NCBI GenBank assembly: GCA_009773055.1
Contig: WOUW01000010.1
Span: 2,448-66,447, forward strand
Direction: 5' to 3'
Length of the DNA stretch: 64,000 bases
Source of the DNA: Paracoccaceae bacterium
Lineage (GTDB): Bacteria; Pseudomonadota; Alphaproteobacteria; Rhodobacterales; Rhodobacteraceae
Within the stretch, counting starts at the first letter, position 1; every line of letters starts with the position of its first letter. Both the position numbers and the translations under genes were made by a program. This document shows positions 58,586-64,000 of this stretch, piece by piece. The notes under the pieces are model-generated. The model was not told where the DNA came from. It ran no database searches and saw nothing but the letters and a program-made list of their open reading frames with translations.

Positions 58586-60253
58586 TCAGACCACAAGCGT
58601 CTTGGGACGTTTCCAGTCGACGTATATTTCGACGATAAGGCGGGTCACATAGACGGCCGTGAACATCGAGGTGATGATCCCGAGCCCGAGCGTCACCGCG
58701 AACCCGCGCACCGCGCCCGAGCCGAGCCAATACATGATGACCGCGGTCAGGAAGCCCGTCACGTTCGAATCCATGATCGCCGAAAAAGCACGGTCGAAGC
58801 CTTCGGCAATGGTCCGGCGCGGGTTGGCGCCGGCGCGTAATTCCTCGCGCATCCGCTCGAAGATCAGCACGTTGGCGTCGACGGCCATGCCCATGGTCAG
58901 AACGATGCCCGCGATGCCGGGAAGGGTCAGCGTGGCCCCGATGGCGGAGAGCACCGCCATGATCAGCGCGATGTTGATCGCGAGTGCTATGTTTGCGAAT
59001 ACGCCGAACATGCCGTAGGACAAGACCATATAGGTGGCGACCGCGACCATGCCGATCAGCGCTGCTTTTCGACCGGCGTCGATCGAGTCCTGGCCAAGCT
59101 CGGGGCCAATCGTGCGCTCTTCAAGGAAGGTCATTTCTGCCGGAAGCGCACCTGCGCGCAGCAGCACGGCCAGGCGAGTCGACTCTTCGACCGAAAAGCT
59201 GCCGGTGATGATGCCTGACCCGCCGGGGATGTGGCTCTGGATGACCGGGGCCGAGATCACCTTGCCGTCCAGAACGATGGCAAAGGGCGCGCCAATGTTG
59301 GCGGCAGTGTAGTCGCCGAAGGCGCGCGCGCCGGTGGAATCAAAGCGGAAACTGACAGCGGGCCTACCGTTCTGGTCAAACGAAGGCTGGGCGTCGACGA
59401 GATCCTCGCCCGAGACCACGGGGCTGTCCTCGACGATGTAGTAGACCCCCGCTTCATTCTGCGATGGCAAGAGGACATTGCGCGGACCTGCGGTGGCACC
59501 CGCGTCGGTCGTGCGGCTGATGACGGCATTGAAGGTCAGCTTTGCGGTCTGGCCGATGAGCGCCTTCAGTTCCGACGCGGACCCAATGCCTGGAACCTGG
59601 ATCAGAATGCGGTCGCTGCCCTGGCGCTGGATCGTGGGTTCGCGGGTACCGGCCTCGTCCACCCGGCGGCGAATGATTTCCAGCGACTGCTGGATCGTAC
59701 GCTCGTCCGTTGCCTGCATTTCGGCGTCCGAGAGGCGCACGACGATGTCGTTGCCCTCGGCCGTCACATCCAGCGTGCTTTGCCCGACTCCGGTCAGGGA
59801 CATCACGCCGCTACCAAGGCCGCGCACAGCCTCGAGTGCTGCAGTCATGCCTGCGGGATTGGTCAGAGTAACCCGCAGCACATCGTCGGGCGAGGGCGCA
59901 CGGCGGACTGCGCCGACCTGATCGCGCAGGTTGCGAAGGGTGTCCCGGACTTCTGGCCAAAGCGAATTCATCCGGCTCTTGTAGACATCCGCGACCTTCA
60001 CTTCGGCCAGCAGATGTGCCCCGCCCCGCAGGTCGAGGCCCAGGTTCATCAGCGCCGAAGGAAGGATGACCGGCCATTCCGCCAGCGCAGCGGTCTGTTC
60101 GGGGGTTGCCGTGCCTCCCGTCGCGGCAATGGCGGTTGCGGCGTCATTGTGGCGCTCGACCCGAGCGTAAAACAGGTTGGGGATCGCGGCAAGGATCCCC
60201 CAGCCGCAGATGAGCAGGATAAGAATCCGCTTCCAGAGCGCCATCGATTCCAT
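58586..60253 (-). CDS. secD: Protein translocase subunit SecD
   Basis: LGLDLRGG, G..EP.IQ.QG, GP.LG.DSI, TLPGIAG and AVDANVLI.ER. Confidence 0.96.
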   Translation of the reverse strand: MESMALWKRILILLICGWGILAAIPNLFYARVERHNDAATAIAATGGTATPEQTAALAEWPVILPSALMNLGLDLRGGAHLLAEVKVADVYKSRMNSLWPEVRDTLRNLRDQVGAVRRAPSPDDVLRVTLTNPAGMTAALEAVRGLGSGVMSLTGVGQSTLDVTAEGNDIVVRLSDAEMQATDERTIQQSLEIIRRRVDEAGTREPTIQRQGSDRILIQVPGIGSASELKALIGQTAKLTFNAVISRTTDAGATAGPRNVLLPSQNEAGVYYIVEDSPVVSGEDLVDAQPSFDQNGRPAVSFRFDSTGARAFGDYTAANIGAPFAIVLDGKVISAPVIQSHIPGGSGIITGSFSVEESTRLAVLLRAGALPAEMTFLEERTIGPELGQDSIDAGRKAALIGMVAVATYMVLSYGMFGVFANIALAINIALIMAVLSAIGATLTLPGIAGIVLTMGMAVDANVLIFERMREELRAGANPRRTIAEGFDRAFSAIMDSNVTGFLTAVIMYWLGSGAVRGFAVTLGLGIITSMFTAVYVTRLIVEIYVDWKRPKTLVV

Positions 60254-60262
60254 GGATCAGTC

Positions 60263-60598
60263 TCAGTTTGCCGCAGCGGGTTCGGTCTTGTTCAGGACCT
60301 GGGTGATGGTGTGCTTGACCACTTTCACCTTCACGCCCTCGGCAATCTCGACCTCGACCATGCCATCGTCCTGGACCTTCGACACCTTGGCGACGATGCC
60401 GCCCGACGTCACGATCTGGTCCCCACGACGCAGAGCATCAACCATGGCGCGGTGGTCCTTCATCTTCTTTTGCTGCGGACGGATCAGCAGGAAATAGAAG
60501 ATCACGAAGATCAGGACGATCGGCAGGAACTGGGCGAACACGGCGGCACCGCCGGGGGCGGCACCAGCGGCTTGCGCGAAGGCTGGGGTGACGAACAT
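60263..60598 (-). CDS. yajC: Preprotein translocase subunit YajC
   Basis: FYFLLIRPQQKK and GD.IVT.GG. Confidence 0.95.
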   Translation of the reverse strand: MFVTPAFAQAAGAAPGGAAVFAQFLPIVLIFVIFYFLLIRPQQKKMKDHRAMVDALRRGDQIVTSGGIVAKVSKVQDDGMVEVEIAEGVKVKVVKHTITQVLNKTEPAAAN

Positions 60599-60780
60599 GG
60601 ACATCCTCTCTGGGCCGGTCGGGCTGCTGCTGGCGTGCCCGTTTGCGATTGCTGGCTGATGTAAGGCCTTTCGCCGCGCATTGCCAGAGGGCGCGCGCGG
60701 ATGCGTTGGCGGGCGGTGCCTTCCCCCGGCGCACGCAATCGGGCATAAGCGCCGACGCAAGCTAGCAGGAGGCAAAGGCC

Positions 60781-62070
60781 ATGCACGACATCCGTTTCAT
60801 CCGCGAGAATCCGGCTGCGTTCGACACAGCGCTGTCGCGGCGCGGGCTGGAGCCGATGTCGGCGGAGCTTTTGGCCATTGACGAGGCGCGGCGAGCGAAG
60901 ATCCTGGCAGCTGAGACCGCGGCGGCGGCGCAGAATGCGGCCTCGAAGGACGTGGGGGCAGCCAAGGTGCGCGGCGATGACGCCGAGTTTGAGCGTCTGC
61001 GCGCGCTGGTGGCCGAGAAGAAGGCCGAGGGCGCCCGTCTGACCGAAGAAGCCGGGGCGGAGGATGCGCGGCTGCGCGACGCGCTGTCCCGCATCCCCAA
61101 TTTGCCCCTGGACGAGGTGCCTGACGGCCCCGACGAGACCGCGAACGTCGAGGTTCGCCGCTGGGGCACCCCGCGCGAGATGGCATTCAAGCCATTGGAA
61201 CATTTCGACATTCCGGCGGCGAAGGGCGGGTTGGACTTTCCGACGGCGGCGAAACTGTCGGGCAGCCGCTTTGTCGTCCTGCGTGGGGCGATGGCACGGG
61301 TCCATCGGGCGCTCGCGCAGTGCATGCTGGACATGCACACGACCGAACACGGGCTGGCCGAGACCTGGACCCCGGTCCTGGTCAAGGACGAGGCGATGTT
61401 CGGCACGGGCAACCTGCCGAAGTTCTCCGAGGACAGCTACCAGACCACAAACGGCTGGTGGCTGATCCCGACCTCGGAGGTCACGCTGACGAACACGGTC
61501 GCGGGGGATATCCTGGACGAGGCGGCGTTGCCGATCCGGCTGACCGCCCATACGCATTGCTTCCGGTCTGAAGCGGGGTCTGCGGGCAAGGACACCACGG
61601 GCATGCTGCGCCAGCACCAGTTCGAGAAGGTCGAGATGGTGACAATCTGCACGCCGGAAACAGCGCTTGCGGAACACGAACGCATGACCGGGTGCGCGCA
61701 GGCTGTGCTGGAACGGCTGGGCCTGCCCTACCGCACCATCGTTCTGTGCACCGGCGACATGGGATTCGGCAGCCAGAAGACGCATGATCTGGAGGTCTGG
61801 CTACCGGGGCAGAACACTTACCGCGAGATCTCCTCGGTCTCGACCTGCGGCCAGTTCCAGGCGCGGCGGATGAACGCGCGGTATCGGCCTGCGGGGGGCA
61901 AGCCCGACTTTGTCGCGACGCTGAACGGGTCGGGCCTTGCCGTCGGGCGCTGTCTGATCGCGGTTCTGGAGAACGGGCAGGAGGCAGACGGGTCGGTGAC
62001 CTTGCCTGCGGCGCTGGCGCCCTATCTTCATGGCAAGACCCGGATCACTGCGGACGGCGTCCTTGTCTGA
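60781..62070 (+). CDS. serS: Serine--tRNA ligase
   Basis: [37 protein letters not shown] and [10 protein letters not shown]. Confidence 0.97.
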   Translation: MHDIRFIRENPAAFDTALSRRGLEPMSAELLAIDEARRAKILAAETAAAAQNAASKDVGAAKVRGDDAEFERLRALVAEKKAEGARLTEEAGAEDARLRDALSRIPNLPLDEVPDGPDETANVEVRRWGTPREMAFKPLEHFDIPAAKGGLDFPTAAKLSGSRFVVLRGAMARVHRALAQCMLDMHTTEHGLAETWTPVLVKDEAMFGTGNLPKFSEDSYQTTNGWWLIPTSEVTLTNTVAGDILDEAALPIRLTAHTHCFRSEAGSAGKDTTGMLRQHQFEKVEMVTICTPETALAEHERMTGCAQAVLERLGLPYRTIVLCTGDMGFGSQKTHDLEVWLPGQNTYREISSVSTCGQFQARRMNARYRPAGGKPDFVATLNGSGLAVGRCLIAVLENGQEADGSVTLPAALAPYLHGKTRITADGVLV

Positions 62071-62131
62071 CAGGTTCGGGATCCTTCGGGTGGGCCGGGC
62101 ATTGCCTTGTCCGCCCCAACTGGAGCTTTGA

Positions 62132-62839
62132 ATGCCTAGACTTCCAGCGCTGATCCTGCTGCTGGCCACGATTGCCTTCGCCGTGGCCCCCTTCATAACG
62201 CCGCCCTTCACCGGTTATCGGCCGGGCCAGTTCCCTGTCGAGATCCTGCGACCGGCGATCCAGCCTGCGGGCTATGCCTTCGCGATCTGGTCGGTGATCT
62301 ATCTCTGGCTGATTGCGCATGCCGGTTTCGGGCTGTGGCAGCGCGCCGAGAACCCGACCTGGGCGCGCGTGCGGGTGCCACTGACCGTGGCGGTCGTCTT
62401 GGGAACGGTCTGGCTGGCGATTGCCGGAGCAAGCCCGATCTGGGCCACGGTGGTCATCTGGATCATGGCTGCGGCCGCCATTGCCGCCTTCCTGCGCGCG
62501 CCGACCGAGCCGGACCGCTGGCTGTTGTCCGCCCCGACAGCCATCTTTGCGGGTTGGTTGTCAGCAGCTTCGGCGGTGTCGACGGGCGTGCTGATAGCAG
62601 GCTACGGGATCTTGCCCGACACCGGGTCGGCGCTGGCGATGCTGGCGCTGGTTCTGGCGCTGGCCCTGGTCGTGCAGGGACAAAAGTCCCGGATGCCGGT
62701 CTATGGCCTGACGGTGGTCTGGGCGCTGGCCGGGGTGATCGCGGCGAACCGGGCCGACAACACGCTGGTCGCGGGTGCGGCGGCGGCGGGTGCGGTGATC
62801 ATGCTGGGCGCGCTGGTCTGGAACTGGCGCAGGGTCTGA
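62132..62839 (+). CDS. TspO-related integral membrane protein
   Basis: PAGYAFAIWSVIY motif, GW...A and multiple TM segments. Confidence 0.65.
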   Translation: MPRLPALILLLATIAFAVAPFITPPFTGYRPGQFPVEILRPAIQPAGYAFAIWSVIYLWLIAHAGFGLWQRAENPTWARVRVPLTVAVVLGTVWLAIAGASPIWATVVIWIMAAAAIAAFLRAPTEPDRWLLSAPTAIFAGWLSAASAVSTGVLIAGYGILPDTGSALAMLALVLALALVVQGQKSRMPVYGLTVVWALAGVIAANRADNTLVAGAAAAGAVIMLGALVWNWRRV

Positions 62840-62845
62840 CCCGGG

Positions 62846-62885
62846 AGCCAAATTCCTTGAGTAAGGAATGCCCAGGAATTTGGCT
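62846..62885. repeat. AT-rich nested inverted repeat between convergent genes
   Basis: AGCCAAATTCCT (62846-62857) pairs with AGGAATTTGGCT (62874-62885); inner ATTCCTT-GAGT-AAGGAAT. Confidence 0.6.
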
Positions 62886-62902
62886 TAAAATTCTCGGGCC
62901 TG

Positions 62903-64000
62903 CTACTGGCCGGTGTTCTTCTCCTTGTGCTTGCGCAGCCGCGACGGCGTGTTGAACTTGCGTTCCTTCCAGGGATTTTCGTTCCCCTGGCTGCGCAGAT
63001 ACAGCCGGATCGGCGTGCCCGGCATGTCGAAATGGTCGCGGAGGCCGTTCACCAGATAGCGCTTGTAGCTTTCCGGCAGTTCATCCGGACGCGAACACTT
63101 GTGCGCCTCGGTCATGGCACCGAGCCACGTGTTCAGCCGCGCGGTCGGGATACGGCGGTTCCAGACATCGTGCGCCTTGCGGATCGCGTCGTGCAGCCGG
63201 TCAAGGCCCCTGCCCGTCTTGGCCGAAACCGTGACCAGCGGCGCGCCGCGCAACTGGGGCAACAGGCGGTCGAACATCTCTTTCAGCTCGGCCAGTTTTT
63301 CCTGCTTTTCGTCTTCAAGGTCCCACTTGTTGACGGCGACCACAACGGCGCGGCCTTCTGTTTCGGCGAAATCGGCGATGCGCAGGTCCTGGACTTCGAA
63401 AGGAATCTCGACGTCAAGGAGACTTCGAAAGGAATCTCGACGTCAAGGAGGACGACAACCACTTCGGCAAAGCGCACGGCGCGGATGCCGTCCGAGACAC
63501 TGAGTTTTTCCAGCTTTTCGGTGATCCGGGCCTTCTTGCGCATGCCAGCGGTGTCGAAGATGCGGATCGGCGTGCTCTGCCATTCGGTGCGGACCGAAAT
63601 CGCATCGCGCGTAATGCCGGCCTCGGGGCCTGTCAGCAGGCGGTCATATCCCAGTATCTTGTTGATAAGGGTCGATTTTCCGGCGTTCGGGCGACCGATG
63701 ACGGCAATCTGAAGCGGCTTCTTTGCGGTCGGATGGTGAGCGGTCTCGTCCGCTTCAAGCTCGGCGTCGGCTTCGGACAGGTCGATGTCAACTTCGGGCG
63801 CGTTCTCGGCTTCACGCTCGGCAAACTCGCCTTCCAGCGGCTTCAGTTCGTGGTAAAGGTCATCCATTCCCTCGCCATGTTCGGCGGAGATCCGGATCGG
63901 TTCGCCAAGGCCAAGGGAGTAGGCCTCCAGCGCACCGGCGTCACCGGCCTTGCCCTCGGCCTTGTTCACGGCAAGAAACACGCGGGCGTTCTTCTTGCGC
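62903..64000 (-). CDS. der: Ribosome biogenesis GTPase Der, 3' part; frameshifted by a 29-bp duplication and missing about 27 aa as assembled
   Basis: [27 protein letters not shown] and NKWD, then SY.RYL.N.LR..F...G.PIR, split across two frames. Confidence 0.9.
63392..63449. repeat. Exact 29-bp tandem duplication
   Basis: GACTTCGAAAGGAATCTCGACGTCAAGGA at 63392-63420 and again at 63421-63449. Confidence 0.95.

Noticed and set aside
63392-63449. CRISPR-like 29-bp direct repeat
   Set aside because: Two abutting copies with no spacer, inside der coding sequence, and no cas genes.

Overview
High-GC alphaproteobacterial chromosome segment, Rhodobacteraceae-like (Rhodobacter/Tabrizicola-type gene content and synteny). 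It is mostly core genome: valS, gatB, pepN, glcB, bolA-J-domain-cobS-cobT, rnd, purMN, tRNA(CAT), yajC-secDF, serS, der. It also carries several catabolic modules: (1) a 5'-truncated histamine-dehydrogenase-like flavoenzyme followed by RidA, DUF1028 and a flavin monooxygenase, a probable histamine/imidazole-acetate pathway; (2) a full tyrosine/homogentisate cluster with MhaAB-like genes and an orphan MBL hydrolase; (3) a second TMADH-family paralog lacking the flavinylation Cys, coupled to a non-pyrrolysine MttB; (4) a serine-cycle-like module (class V aminotransferase, mtkAB, 2-hydroxyacid reductase, mcl) with an atypical orphan response regulator. No integrase, transposase, prophage or CRISPR array was seen. 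Non-coding signals include a 73-bp composite repeat in two copies (palindrome + IHF-like + CtrA-like boxes at identical spacing), other REP-like hairpins and clear TetR, MarR and ArsR operator palindromes. valS has a low-GC in-frame insert. glcB and der show deletions and a 29-bp duplication that probably reflect assembly artefacts. All calls come from motif recognition and recalled family consensus; no database search was run.
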